From the human T2T-CHM13v2.0 reference genome, Homo sapiens: 64,000 nucleotides of DNA. Below the pieces are notes generated by a model. It did not search any database. It worked only from the letters and a program-made list of their open reading frames with translations, and was not told the origin of the DNA. Each line of letters starts with the position of its first letter. Within the stretch, counting starts at the first letter, position 1. A program made the translations under genes and the position numbers. Of this stretch, positions 46,481-61,484 are shown one piece after another. Location of the stretch: assembly GCF_009914755.1 (NCBI RefSeq), contig NC_060940.1; one strand, 5' to 3'.

Positions 46481-47576
46481 AGTTTTCTTTTTAAAAAAAT
46501 CTATTGGTTATTAATTTGAAGGCTTCCTTTTCATAGCTGTGCTCCTTAATTGGGAGCAAACATGAATGGACCACAACTTAGCCAATTTTCTATATACGAT
46601 CTTTGCCATCCTAATTTAAAGGAATATTAATTCTTTCTTTTCCTCTTTCATTCCACAAACCTGTATTGACTACATCTAAGTTCTAAATGGTGCACTGGAT
46701 GTTGAAAAAGTTGATGATGAGCAAGAACAAAATTCCTGCTTTCAGGAGACTTACAGTTCAATATGGGAAATATAATTTGTTAAAATATAAAAGTGCAATT
46801 GTGTTACATGCTGTACGAAGTACATGTTGACATGTGAGCATATAATAAATGGGCTGGAGGCCAGAGGATTGCCAAAGAGAATGGGCCTCCTGCTGAGATG
46901 AAAAGTTGAGCAGGGATTAGTTGGCGAAAGTGGAGGGACGATCCTTTCTAGGCAGGACGAAGAACATGTACAGAATCTCTGAGGTGTGATGCGACAAAGT
47001 CTATATAAAAAACTGAAGAAAGGTCTAATGTGGCTTAAATACAGAAGCTAGTAGGAGAGGAGTCGAAAAGAGGCTGGAGAAGTAGAAAGTGTCTGCATTC
47101 TGCAGGAACTTATATTGTATAAAATATATTGTATATTGTATAAAAAGAATTTCTCTTTATTCTAAGTGCAATGTGAAGCCAATGAAGTGCTTTAAACAGG
47201 TGATGTGATTTGATTGAATTTATTACTTCACTTAACAAATATTCATTACATGCCCACTGTTTGTCAGATATTGCTGTAGCCCCTGGTGATACAGTAGGGA
47301 ATAAAACAGGCAAAAATCCCTGTCCTCTTGCAGCTTATAATGGACTGCAATGTTTAATATGTCAGAGGAGGTCCACGGAGGAGTGACTTCTAAGCAAGAA
47401 TCTGAAAAAAATGAGGATATCTAAGGAGGGAACAAATGGTTCAAAAGCCCTATAATTGCAAGCAGGCATGATGAAGCAATTGCAGTTGTCCTGACTCTCA
47501 ACACCGTGGAACTCAAAGGAGATGGAAAGATTCCTTCTCTCCCTCATATATTTTCTCTCTTTCTGTCTATATATAT

Positions 47577-47676
47577 AGAATATGAGACATTTCCCTAATC
47601 ATTATGTGTAATTACAATTACATATATATATGTAATTGTAATTACACATAATGATTAGGGAAATGTCTCATATTCT
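47577..47676. repeat. Perfect 100-bp palindrome with no spacer
   Basis: agaatatgagacatttccctaatcattatgtgtaattacaattacatata|tatatgtaattgtaattacacataatgattagggaaatgtctcatattct. All 50 pairs were checked by hand. Confidence 0.97.
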
Positions 47677-49310
47677 TCTACTCAGAAATAAGCAATATAG
47701 CAATTACTGTTTTTTACATTTTACAGTTACAGTTTCAGAGAAAGTTTGATATTTATCTAAAATTGTTCAATGTATGAACTTTTTCATTTGACAAACCATA
47801 ATTGTACATATTCTTGGGATACAGAGTGATATTTTCTTTACATGTATAGAATGTGTAGTGATCAAATCAGGGTAATTTCCACTAATTTAAAATGCCACCT
47901 TTATGTTATTGTAATTTATATATATACTATATATATACACACACACATATATATATATACATGTCCCCATACAGTGTGTGTGTGCACATGTACACACATG
48001 CATATGTGTATATAATGCCCAGTATAAGCAATGTGCACAAATAAAATTAGCTAACAGAGATAGTATAGAGTGAGAGGAGAGGCAGATTAATCTTTGAGGA
48101 AAAGCACAATTTTATAGCTGAATGGAGAAAGCTGAGGTGGTTTCTAAGATGGAGAATAAGATGAAAAATGTAAGTATGTTGTTTGACTGAATTCAAGAAA
48201 GAAGGGTAAAAGAGAAGAAAGTAGTGGTCTTATCATTAAATGCCACAGAGAGGTAAAGATAAAGACAACATATTGTTTTGGGTTGAGTAATTTAAGGGTT
48301 ACCAAATTCCGTTTTGGAGGAGGAACAGATTCCATGTCCACTAGAATGGAATGAACAAGAAATGGAGGAGGAAAATAGGTAGTTTTTCAAAAGTTTTCAA
48401 AAATATGAAAAGAAGAAATGAAGTGGTACTTGGAAGAGATTGTTGAAATGGGAGAGACTATGGTGGCTTGTTTAGAAGCAGTTGAGATAGATCCAATTGA
48501 GATAGAGATATTGACTATATAAACAAAAGAATGACAAATTAATAGTGTAATGGATAACTTGACTTTGGCAAATATTGTGAATTTTTGTGAAAGTACAACT
48601 AAAAGGCAATGTCACTCCAATAATCACCAGAGTAATCAATTTGCTTATTGCTGTCCCTTTAAATATAGTTCTCTGGTATCAACTAACATGTTTTTAACTA
48701 ATGATGCTTCTTAAAGAAAAGGGAAAAGACCTTTTTCTTTCTTTCAGTCTTCAATGATTCACTGCTTCATCTCGCTCCACCAAAGATAAATGAAATCTAC
48801 ATCTCTTATACATTAACAATGCATGACAATTTACAAATAGCTAAATTTTTGGAGCTAACTTTAAGTACCTGAATGGAATTTAATCAACCCACTAATCTCC
48901 TTCTCACTTCTCAGTTATTTATCAAGTTTATGTCAAGGGACAAGGAAAAATTATCCAAACATTGTTTAAAACAATCAATATTAATTAGTAACACTTATCC
49001 AGGGGGGTTTTTAACCTTTCCCCCACTCAAGGATTATTCTAATGTCAGAGTAGAATAAAAAATAAGTGCAGCGATGCTGACTCTTCCAAGCTTAACATTT
49101 CTCACAAGTCAATTAGCTTTGTACTGGGAGGAGGGCGTGAAGGGCTGCTTGCGGTAGTTGTGTAGCAGCAGCACAATGGCCGCAGACAAGGAAAACAGTT
49201 TCTAGGAATTCCTCGTATATAATTTTATATTTTTGACAAGATTAATGACCCATGCTCCCTTCCTCTCCATTTCTTTTTTTGGAATTCTGTTGGTATGTAG
49301 TTACTATATT

Positions 49311-49440
49311 TTATTAAAGGAAATTAGCCTTATCTCTTATTATATTTTATTAAAGAAAATTATTATATTATTCCTTTATATTTTTATTAAAGGATTTTAT
49401 TATTATTAAAGGAAATTAGCCTTATCTCTTATTATATTTT
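49311..49440 (+). repeat. 38-bp exact direct repeat with AT-rich filler
   Basis: ttattaaaggaaattagccttatctcttattatatttt at 49311-49348 and 49403-49440. Confidence 0.9.
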
Positions 49441-49482
49441 TTATGACCTTCAAAGTAGTGTCTCTGCTTAAAAGTGTACCCT

Positions 49483-49776
49483 GGCCGGGCGTGGTGGCTC
49501 ACACCTGTAATTCCAGCACTTTGGGAGGCCGAGGCGGGTGGATCACGAGGTCAGGAGATCGAGACCATCCTGGCTAACACGGTGAAACCCCGTCTGTACT
49601 AAAAATACAAAAAATTAGCAGGGCATAGTGGCGGGCGCCTGTAGTCCCAGCTACTCAGGAGGCTCAGGCAGGAGAATGGCGTGAACCCGGGAGACGGAGC
49701 TTGCGGTGAGCTGAGATCGCACCGCTGCACTCCAGCCTGGGCGACAGAGCAAGACTCCGTCTCAAAAAAAAAAAAA
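49483..49776 (+). mobile_element. AluY
   Basis: Y diagnostics gagaccatcctggctaacacggtg, gaatggcgtgaacccggg and ggagcttgc. TSD aaaagtgtaccct / aaaagtataccct. Confidence 0.9.
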
Positions 49777-49908
49777 GTATACCCTGAGGCACACATCAAG
49801 CGACATGTAGAGTTCATAAATTCTGGCCAAATGGTCATACCTCAAACCTCATCAGCAGTAAGGCTCTTTACTTGCACTGACAAATATGAACGCTGGGGAA
49901 TTTGGAAA

Positions 49909-50072
49909 TGATATATAATATATAATATTATATATATAATAAATATATAATATATATAATACATATATAATATTATATATGTAATAGATATACAATATAT
50001 AATATATAATAGATATATAATATTATATATAATAGATATATAATATTATATATAATAGATATATAATATATA
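49909..50072. repeat. AT-rich (atatataat)-type minisatellite
   Basis: Almost pure A/T tandem variants. Confidence 0.9.
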
Positions 50073-51095
50073 ACTTTCCTTGTGATTTTCCTCTTAATTT
50101 TTTTCTAGCTGATCCATATGAATTCCTCTTATTAAGAAAAATAAAGCATCCAGGATTCAATGAAGAACTGACTATCACCTTGTTAATCATTCAGAAACAT
50201 GTTGCAGGCTTAAGCCATTTTTGATATAGATACTGAAACAATTACTTGCTAAGAGCAAACTTGAAGGTATGGATAAGGCCCTGAGTCATCTTCCTGAGCT
50301 GAATGATAGTTAAGCTGAATGTACGTATAAAATATGATTTTCTAACCACTTGCTCGCCAACAAGGAAAAGTTTTAAGTAGAGCAGAACCTGAATAGACAA
50401 GACATTTCTTTCTTTTGGTAGAAAATGATTTACCATCACTGTGTAGTTAATTGTAGACTAGGTAATTTTAACTTTGTGATTTATTGCCGGAGACATTTTC
50501 TTCTGTACTGTAAAGTGTGTGTCAAAAAAAAATAGCGATTTTGGAGGATTAGGGGACTTTGATAAATTGCCTGCAATTCTGGCAGTATGAACTGCATATT
50601 AATTTCTCTCTTTCAAGAACATTTTTATTTATTAATTCCTTACAAAAACTCCCTAAACTTTGGAACAGCTCTCAATTGCCTGTATTCTTTTTTTTCTTAT
50701 TATGGTACTCTTCTAGAGATTTGGCTTGCATCTGTGAATAAGCCAGGACATCTTCAGAAATTGTCTGATTAAAAACACCACCAATGGAGTTTCATTAAAT
50801 TTGTATTGCTCTGACTAGTGAAACACACACATCTACGTTGCTGAGGATATTTTACTGCAGTTCGAGTTGTAATAATAGCTCTGTTTAAGATCCGTCAGTC
50901 ACTTGAATCTTCTCTAAGGCTTTGTATGTTAGAAGTTAATTTGCTTTCTTACAAGGCCACATTCTATCTTGTAACTAAACAACTGAATTTTATGTCTTAG
51001 CGTAGATGGTTTATTACTTTCTGGTTTTTCTTTAGTAAGAATCCTATAAAAACACTAGTATTTTTCTCTGAGTTTAAAATTCAATACATGCCTAC

Positions 51096-51476
51096 TGATA
51101 TGGTTAGGCTTTGTATCCCCACCTGAATCTCATCTTGAATTGTAATCCCCATAGTCCCCATAATCCCCACAGGTCAAGGGAGAGACCAGGTGGAGGTAAT
51201 TGAATCATGGGGGCAGTTTCCCCTGTGCTGTTCTTGTGATAGTGAGTTCTCACGAGATTTGATGGTTTTATAAGGGATTCTTTCCCCTTTGCTCGGCACT
51301 TCTTCATGCTGCCTTGCGAAGAAGCTGGCTTGCTTCCTCTTTGTCTTCCGCCATGATTGTAGATTTCCTGAGGCCTCCCAAGCTGTGCTGAACTGTGAGC
51401 CAATTAAACTTCTTTCCTTTATAAATTACCCAGTCTTGGGCAGTTCTTTATAGCAGTATGAAAACAGAAAAATACA
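51096..51476 (+). mobile_element. THE1 (THE1D-like) solo LTR
   Basis: tgatatggttaggctttg...gcagttctttatagcagtatgaaaacagaaaaataca. 5-bp TSD cctac at 51091-51095 and 51477-51481. Confidence 0.9.
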
Positions 51477-51799
51477 CCTACTATGTAAAACTTAAAATAC
51501 AAAAAAACAAAACATTATCTCACTAACATAGGAGCTAATATTTTGGTGTACTTTGTTTAGTATTTTATATTAAAAATATGTACATATATATTTATATATA
51601 ATTAAGAACATGTATGTACAATCGTGCATACATCATGTACATACATCTACTTAAGAAAATAGCTATGTAATATACCATTACTCAACTAGATTATAATTTT
51701 TTCTCCATTTCTTTATTGTAATTTATCATTTTCTACTTTTTTGTTTTCTCATTTTTATTGCATAATATTTAATTATGCAAAAAATACATTAAATACATT

Positions 51800-54010
51800 G
51801 AAAATATATAGTGTAGCTATAAGAATAAAGAACGATGGTAAAACAAATGCTAATACCCACTACCTGACTTAAAGAATATGATATTATTTTTTTCCAATTG
51901 AAATTCCCTCAACTACTCAGAATTACTGCTATCCCTCTTATCCTTTCATTAATTTTCTTCTAGTTTTCTCACATGTGAATCTATTTCTAAATACATTTCT
52001 TTATTTTGCAAGTTTTTGGACTTCATATAAATGTAACCATATTGTATATATTCTTCTTCAGCTTCTTAGTTTTTCACTAAACAATATGTTTTGCTGATAC
52101 TTACATTCATATGTACAGTAATAGTTGATTTATTTTAATGGCTATATATTATTCCATTGTTAGAATACACCAGGATTTATTTTTACTTATTTTTTTGCTG
52201 GAAAATTGGGTGTCTTTTTTATTTTTTGATATAACAAACAATGTTGTAATCATTTTGTATTTACTTCCTAGTCCACTCCTGTAAGTTTCTCTTGAGTACA
52301 TACTAGCAATGAATATGCTGAGTCACTGCATATACATACTCACAACTTTATTCTATAATGTAATATTCTATAAAGTAGCTGTATCAGTTTATACTTTAAC
52401 CAGTAATGGACAAGATTTTCTGTTACTTCCCATCTTTGTTAATTATTACTTTTAGACTCTAACTTTTATCAGGCTCATGGATGTAAAAAGCATCTCAGGG
52501 TGGTTTTAATTTGCATTTATCTGCTCATCTATGAAGATGAGCTTCTTTTCATATAATTATGAGTCATTATTTTTGTTTTGCCTTCTTTTGTTTATGCATT
52601 TTGCTTGTTCTATGTCTTATTTTTCCTGTTGATTTTTGGGAGTTCATATATATTCTAAATGTATATTTATTCACTTATATATATGTTGTAAATATTACAG
52701 TTTATGATTTGTCACCTTATGATATCTTCCAAATAGAGAAGCTTTATATTTTGATGTAGTCATATGTTCATTTTTCCTCCTTAATGTTTGTTTTTCTTGG
52801 TCCTATGACCTACCAAAAGTAACAAAAATTCTCATTTATTTTTAATCTAAATGTTTTAAGTATTTTCCTGGAATTCACCTTGAATTGATTTCTATTGGAG
52901 ATAGGTATCCAATCTAATTTGCCTCATATGGATAACCACTTGTTCTATTACTGCTGTAATAAATTTCTACAAACTAAGTGACCTAAAATAACACAAACTT
53001 GTCATCTTACAGTGTACACAAGTCAGAAATCAGGCATGAATTTTAGTGAACTAAAATCAAGTTGTCGACAGGCATGTTTCTTTATGGTGGCTAGGGTAGA
53101 ATCCATATCCTGGCCTTTTCTATCTTCTAGAGAACATCAGCATTCCTTTTCTCATTGCCTCTCCTCTCTCTTTTTAAAGCTGGCAATGTCACATTTCTCT
53201 GACCATTCTTTCATTGTCACATCTCTCTCTGGACTCAGCTAAGAAAGGTTCTCCATTTTTAAGAACTCATGTGATTAGACTGGGCCCATCTGGGTAACCC
53301 AGGAAGATCTCTCCATCTCGGTTTGCATCCTTAATCACATCTGATAAGCCTTTATTGCATTCAGTGTAACATATTCACAGGTTCCAGGGTTAGGCATGGG
53401 CATCTTTGAGGGCCATTATTCTCCCTACCACATTATTTGCCTAGCATCTTTCATTACATTGTCCATCTATTTACTTACTGATTTCTAATGACATCCAAAT
53501 CAGTTACAACATTTTATGTAAGCATTGTTTTTATTTTTATGTTATTCCACTAGTCTATTTTTCTACTCATGAATTATGGTACATGAGTTTATTTTTGCAA
53601 CTTTAAGCTCAATAACATGTTTTAAGATTTCCTCAACTGTCTTTTTGCGCTTCTTCAGAAGTTGACTCTTTTGACCCTTTGGTCTTCTATGCACATTTTA
53701 GAAATGCTTTGTTGAGGACTAAGAGGAATGCTAAGATTTTGATAGGAATTTCATTGAATTTTGAGTATATTCGCATGCTACAATGGTTAGTGCTTTATAC
53801 ATGAAAATAATATATCCCTTCCTCTTTTCCTAGTATCATGAGATGTTTGTTAGGCAGACATGAATATTGAGTTGTATCAAATGTGGTTTTCTGCATTATT
53901 GTGGTGGTGATGTGATTTAGCTCCTTTAATTAGTTAATGTAATGAATTACATTTGTAGATTGCTCTAACTATTGAAACAAGCTTGAATTTCTGGAATAAG
54001 CCCAATGTGA
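51800..54010 (-). mobile_element. Old L1M fragments with an MLT1-type LTR at ~52945-53430
   Basis: L1 motifs gtggttttaatttgcattt and ttttgataggaatttcattgaatt. MaLR motifs ctattactgctgtaataaatttctacaaactaagtg and catgtgattagactgggcccatc. Confidence 0.6.
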
Positions 54011-54014
54011 TATT

Positions 54015-54680
54015 TATTCAACAAATATTCATTGAGTATACCTAGTATGTAACATGCTTTAAGAATACACCAGTGAACCAAACAGAAATATCTTACATTA
54101 CAGAACTTAACATGCCAGTATTTGGAGACAGACGATAAAAAAGTGAACATGTATATTTACAGTTTGTCAAGGAATGATAAATGAAGACTCTTAAAGTAGA
54201 TGGGGAATTGGGAGTGAAGTCTGTAATTTAAATAGGGTGGGCAGGAAAGCTTCACAGAGAATGGGACATTTAAGAATAGACTTGAAGGACAGGCAAGAGC
54301 AATCTCTATGTTTATATGGGAGAAAAGGTTCCAGGCAGATGCAGTAACAATGGCAAATATCCTGAAGTAGGATCATGCTGGAGTTTTTGTGGAGCAGCAA
54401 GGAGGCTAGTGTGACTGCCACAGAATCACCCAAGGGAAGATGAGAAGATCAGACCAGACCAGCACTTGGGCATCTAATGGGAAAAGTTTCTCAAGCCATC
54501 ATAAAAATTTCACTTTTACTATAAATACTACGAGAAACCATGGGATGTTTTACAGTAAGAAAGGTGGCATAATATGTTACATGTTTTAAACAAACTCTAT
54601 AGCTTCTGAGTTGATTGTAGGGGCTCATGGCAGAAGCAGAGGGAACATTTAGGAGACTACTGTAAAGAATATCATGAAAA
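54015..54680 (+). mobile_element. L2 fragment
   Basis: tattcaacaaatattcattgagta..., gggcaggaaagcttcacagaga..gacttgaagga. Confidence 0.6.
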
Positions 54681-57600
54681 GAACAAACAACGCTATGTAA
54701 CATGCTTAAATGGACTGAAGAAGATGTATAAAATCAAAATGATGTTACCTTCACACCTTGAATCAGTACGATAAACCCCCCTCCCCAATCACAAAAGAAA
54801 AACTAAACACAAAAACCAGGCTTTGGTTGCTCAGACAATTTTACAGGTGAGTTCTAGCAAACATGCAAAGAACGTTTAATTGCACTGTTACAGAAATTCT
54901 TCTGGAGACAAGAAAATAAGACACATCACCCAACCAATTTCATAATAACAGTGTCAATGTATAATAACAGAAAAAGTGGATCTCCAAAGAAATAAATTTA
55001 TTTGGAAATAAACAAGGATTATAATCTGAGATATTTGTGCTATGATCAATCATAGGTGCATCCCAAGAGGTTGAGGTAAGGAAAATATGTAAAGACAAAA
55101 AGAAGTCCATGCAAGCTGTTTTGAAACAAACATCATTGGTCACAGGGTCTGATGCAGGAGCTGGTGTTAACTTACTGGCAGAAACAGCCATTGCTAGGCA
55201 AGTGTTCTTGTGAGGGTGGCTTATCTGAAATGCTGCAGTCTTGAGGAATTTTTTATGATAGGTCCTATTATAGAGACACCTACAGGATGAGCTGGACAAA
55301 CAGAGTGTGCTGGGTGGGCAGAAATTTCTTGTGAGTTTATAGAAAGTCCTTGTGATAGTGCTTATCGTGGACAGACACACAAGATCCCCTTTTTCATGAC
55401 CCGGCTCCACTTTGCTTTGGGTCTGATGTAAGTGACTTTGCCTTGTCATTGGCAACTTTCACTGTAGTATAATCTGCACATCAAAGTTACCTAACAATAG
55501 TACAAAGAAAGAAAATTAAAGGTATATCTCTTTCAAAAATATAAACCCCAAAATTGTTAGGAAATTGTAGTGAGTATAAAAGATAATTCATTATAATAAA
55601 CATCTCAAGCTTCACAGAATTCTGACCTTTGCTACACTCTCATCCACAATCTTTTCTCCTAGTAAATGGCAGCTCCTTCTGTTAAGTTGCTGAGGCTTCT
55701 TATTGCTTTTTTCTTCAAATAACAGTCAGAACTGAACAACTGTAATCATCCTAGTCCATACAATTGTTATATTTTCATTTAAAGAAGATCAATGTGTGAT
55801 TCTTTTTTTATATATTTCTGGACAATTCTTTATATTTTAATAGTAGTCAGAATTTGATCAGGAAAACAGAAGACATCCTATGTATTATAATGATAAAAGT
55901 TTAATATTAATTAGGGCCTTATGCTATTATTGGAAGAGCTTGGTGAATAGATATTAGAAAAGCAGCTAGACAAAATCAGAAGAGGTCTATTTTATATCAG
56001 AGATCTTAGCCTGACAGTCTAGAGTGTGGGCACAGAACCCAAGCTTATAGGAATTTCTGAAAGGTCTGTAAATCTTATCCAGATGGACAGTGGGAGCTCA
56101 TAAAGGATTCTGCAAGCCATCACATCTGTCAAACCTGCTATGTCTAATCCTTAAGCCTGCTTTATTTGAAGACCTCCTCTTCACTCCTCATTTCCAGCTC
56201 TCATGAGTTTCTTTCATAGGCAAACCCAGACCTGGAACAATGTGCCTGAAGACTTCGGGTGACACAGTACCCAGACTTAAATAGGAGGGGAGCCATGGTG
56301 GAAGTGGCCATCCAGCACAATTTTCTTGGTCTTTACTCATAGTTTTGATTCCTTAAAAAAATTAACCACATTAAAATATGTGTTTCATAATCTACATCTA
56401 ATAATACAAATATTTAAAGTCTTTTCAAGTTTGAATACGCTACCCATGTTGCTGCTACCCCCATTTTGTGTGTGTGATTTTTGTGTGTGTGTTAGAAGCT
56501 CATGACCTTTGAAACCTGCTCTTATGAGCTTGCTTTGATGATTTATTTGTCCAGAGAGGATTTTTTTTCCTACCTAGCATTTTGGACTGCTATCAACCTG
56601 AGACCACTTTGAATTAAATTCTCAGCTTGCAAATTTGGAAGCCACACAGATTGTGTGAGTTCAGGCTGAAACCTGTTTGAGAGCTGGATTCTGGCTATAA
56701 ACTCCACAGGGAACATTTTCTCTCTCCACTCAGAGCTGAGACCATAGGGAAATTTATTTGCTAGCTCACTTTGAAGGTTTATTTTATTTATTTTTTAAAT
56801 TTCTAGTACACGTGCTCACTGAAGGTGTAATACTTATGTGAGAATCTCAAAATCAGTTGTGTTCTTTGTATGACCCTGGTTTTGTTTCCTCCTGCTCTCT
56901 TACTTTCAGTGTGTCTCAGTATGTCTGCTCAATATGTCATCTTAAATTTCAACTGAGGGTGGATCTTCTTCCCAGCTCACTCACATGGTTCTTAGCTAGA
57001 TTCAGTTTCTCTCCATTTGTAGGACTGAGGACCTCAGTTCTTCACTTAGGGTTGGCTACAGGTAATCATCAATTTCTTGTAACAGGACTTACACTGGGCC
57101 ACTGACAGCATGCCAGTTGGCTTCATTCAAATGAGAGGGCAAGAGAGAGAGAGAGAGGGAGAGGGCACAAGAAGAAATTCACAGTATCTTATAATCTAAT
57201 CTCAGAAGTGGCATCTCATTTCTTTTGTTCTATTCTATTCAATAGAAACAAGTACCTGGGACCAGCTTACACTATAGGAAAGAGATTATATAAGGGTATA
57301 AATACCAAGAGGTAGAGATCATCAAGAGCCATTCTGGTAGCAGCCACAATATCTTATCCAGAATATTTCTTATTCAGGCCTTCAAATGTGCTGTCTTTTC
57401 TGGTCTAATGGAAATGAACCTTCCTTCCATAATATTTCTTCTCCTAAATTGTACTCTGGCTCTCTTATCATATACAAACGTCTATGTTAGGTATTTGTGT
57501 CTGTCTTGATTCTTGGTAGGCTTTTAAACTCTGTGAATGTTGGACTGTGATGTAGACATCATTTCACCGCACACTCTGTAACCACCAAACCTTAGCAGCT

Positions 57601-59629
57601 TATTCAGTAAGCACATACTTGGCTCTTAATGAGTATTGCTTAAATTGATGAATTGAATTAGTATTTTACCTTCTCTGTTGCTTAGCTAAGCAGAAGAATT
57701 TGTCATTTTTTTAATTTAGTGACTGGTTCTATTAAAAGTTACCTTTGTCTATATCATTTTGTTATACTAAAGCACAAATGTATAAGGTCAAAAAACATTC
57801 TCAAGATTTTGTTTAAACCACAGCCCTCAGTTGTGTATATTTATCTCTTGTTTTCATATGCAAGATTTCTCCTGAAATGGGCAAGAATTACAAGAGTTTT
57901 TTTCCTCTTCTGAACTAAGAAAATAAATATTTAATTCACAAGTTTAGAAAAGTGAACCTGAAAAATCACAGGGCTAGGTGGGTTATGAGGCCCACTGGTA
58001 CATGATAGTGTTGAATGTGGATTAGAATGAACTCCGTGGATTAGAATCTCAGACCATAGGCAAACATTTACTTGTTTTAGAATAAGCACATTTGAGTCTG
58101 CAATAAGTATTACTATTTTTAAGTTGAAAATGTAATTGGTTTCTAATAATAACCATATTGGCTAGCATTATTTCAATCGTGTTTAATGTTTTCCAATGTC
58201 ATTTCACGTCAGATATCTCTCTTGATTCCTAGTAACAATTTGGACAAGACAGCAAATGCTATTGTCCAAGTTTTCTAAAGAAGAATCTGAAGTGAAATGA
58301 CATCAAGAGACCTATCAAGACCTGTATCCAGGAAAAGGTAAATCTGAGCTGAAATTGTAGCCCTTGTAAATTACCTACGTGACATACCAGATAGTGTTCA
58401 TGATCCATTTAGTACTCTGTTCTAAAAATGAGACAATATCCATTTATTCACTTGTTCATTTATTTAGTGTTTGTTCAGCCCTTACTGCATATTCCAGGCA
58501 CTATTCTGACTGTGGCAGGAGTGAACAAACAGGCATGGTTCTTACTTGCATGTAATTACAGTCTTATAGTGAAAACAAGTGTTAAACAACAAAATCTCCC
58601 AATTATTTTAAAATTATAAACTTGATTCGATACTATGTGGCCATATAATTGTTCCTAATTTGGTTGGAGAAGGGAGGCAGTTAGGGAAGCCTTCCCTGAG
58701 TTAGTGCCATTTAACCTGAATTATGATAGATGATAAGTAATTTGTCAGGGGAAAAATACTCCAGGAATAAAGAACAGGTACAAAGGTCAGGTTCTGGGAA
58801 GAGCTTGTCTTGGTCCAGGAGCTAAAAAATGTTAGAGTGGCTGGATCTGGGCAAGAGACAAAGAGTTATTAAATGAGGCAGCAGGCTTCAGCAGGTGCCA
58901 CATTGCTCAGGGCCTTGTAGGCCATGCTAAGGATTTGGGATGTTAATGTCAGTACAAACAATTGAGTCGTAAGCAGAAAGTAAAAGCATGATTCCATCAA
59001 ATGTTATTCTCTAAACAGTAATTTTATAAATACAGGTTAAATGTGTGTGGTCCCAGCTACTCAGGAGGTCCCAGCTACTCAGTATTCCTTTTCAACAAAT
59101 ATTAGGTGCCTACTATTAGCCAGGTACAGCCCTTAGCTACTTTGAATGAAGCATATATTACAAACTGGCAGAATTTCTTAAACAAAGAATCTAAAGTTGT
59201 TTATACACCATAATCTCGGTATTTTATAAATTTCTTGAAATTATTTTTATGTACACTGCTTTGCAGAATTTTAACTGGCTTTGAAATAAACAATGACAAT
59301 AGTCCTCCATGTTACTAGTTTCAAATTTTCCCAATACCTACTAAGACATTACTTAATCCACAGATTTACTGTCAATAGTTTGTATCAAATTGTGATAACA
59401 TATTTGAAATTAATATTTCATATTAAAGCAAAATCACAAATTTATACTTTATATTATGAATGAGATTCACAAAAGGAGCATGATAACATATTCTGTTGTC
59501 ATCGCATACAAAATAATAACATATAGAGTATGAATCAATAATTTTTCAAATACAAAGCTATTACAATTAGGAATACAAAGAAATCATAATTAGGAATACT
59601 TCTACAATATTAACACACAATAGTGGTAA

Positions 59630-59959
<330 letters not shown>

Positions 59960-60089
59960 AGTGGTGGGTCTCATATCTCAATGTGGACTTTTACTAACTC
60001 CCAATGCCTCAGTTTCCTCATCAGTTGAAAGGAATGAATGAAAGATATGTGTTTTTCATATTACCAGGTAGATGATAAGGAGATTTTAA

Positions 60090-60970
60090 TTTTCTTTTTT
60101 TTTAACTTTTATTTTAAGTTTAGGGGCATTTGTTACATAGGTAGACTGGTGTCACAGGGGGTTATTGTACAGATCATTTCATCACCCAGGTATTGAACCT
60201 AGTACCCAATAGTTATCTTTTCTGTTTCTCTTCCTTTTCTCACCCTCCACCCTCAAGTAGACCCCAGTGTCTGTTTTATTCTTTGTGTTCATGAGTTCTC
60301 ATCATTTAGCTCCCACTTATAACTGAGAGTATGCTGTATTTGGTTTTCTGTTCCTGCATTAGTTTGCTAAGGATAATAGAAGGTCCATCCATATTCCAGC
60401 AAAAGACATGATATCATTTTTTAATGGCGGCATAGTATTCCATGGTGTATATGTACCACATTTTCTTTATCCAATCTGTCATTGATGGGCATTTAGGTTG
60501 ATCCCATACTTTTGCTATTGTGAACAGTGCTGCAATGAACATTTGTATGCATGTGTCTTTATGGTAGAATGGTTTATATTCATCTGGGTATATACCCAGT
60601 AGTGGGATTACTGGGTCGAATGGTAGCTCTGCTTTTAGCTCTTTGAGGAATCACTTTCCTTGCACAATGATTGAACTGATTTGCACACCCAACAACAGTG
60701 TATAAGCATTCCCTTTTCTCCATAGCCTCACTAGCATCTGTTATTTTTTGACTTTTTAATGATAGCTATTCTGACTGGTGTGAGATGGTATCTCATTATG
60801 GTTTTGATTTGCATTTCTCTAATGATCAGTGATGTTGAACTTTTTTTTTGTATGTTTGTTGGCTGCATGCATGTATTCTTTTGAAAAGTGTCTGTTCATT
60901 CCCTTTGCCCAATTTTAATGGGGTTGATTGTTTTTCTTTTGTAAATTTCTTTACATTTGAAATGTTTTTA
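60090..60970 (-). mobile_element. L1PA (old) 3' end
   Basis: aacttttattttaagtttagggg..., catttagctcccacttata, tagtattccatggtgtatatgtaccacattttctttatcca and ctgactggtgtgagatggtatctcatt. Confidence 0.85.
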
Positions 60971-61419
60971 TTATTAAGTTGAGCTGCCTCATTCTTAGTA
61001 TGGTTTTTCACTTTAAAAAGCATAAAGGTGGACATGGTGGCATATGCTAGTAATCCCAACTACTGGGGAGACTAATACAGGAGGGTTGCTTGAGCCCAGG
61101 AGTTCAAGGCTATAATGTGCTATGATCATGACTGTGAACAACCACTGTACTGCAGCCTGGGCAGAGTGACATAGTGAAACCATATCTCTAAAAAAAGAGA
61201 AAATGTAATTTAAATATTTAAATACATATGTATATGTGTGTATATATGTATATATATTGCATATATCAAAAATGGTTTGTAGTTTCCATTCACAGCACAT
61301 AGTAAAATGTCTTAACCTCCTCCCTCCTCCCTATGTGTGTTTTTCTAAGTGTGTGTCTTTTTTACCTTAATTTTTCTCTTAGTGTCTCATAGTCTTCTTA
61401 GGTCTCCCTCTTTCTTCTG

Positions 61420-61424
<5 letters not shown>

Positions 61425-61476
<52 letters not shown>

Positions 61477-61484
61477 TACACACA
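61425..61484 (+). repeat. (CA)n microsatellite
   Basis: About 24 uninterrupted CA units. Confidence 0.97.

Noticed and set aside
49155-49190. miR-15/16-like sequence gtagcagcagcacaatggcc
   Set aside because: Only a short seed-like match, with no complementary arm forming a pre-miRNA hairpin nearby.
54940-55455. 171-aa minus-strand ORF
   Set aside because: No recognisable homology or domain. It lies in probable old repeat sequence and is compatible with chance.
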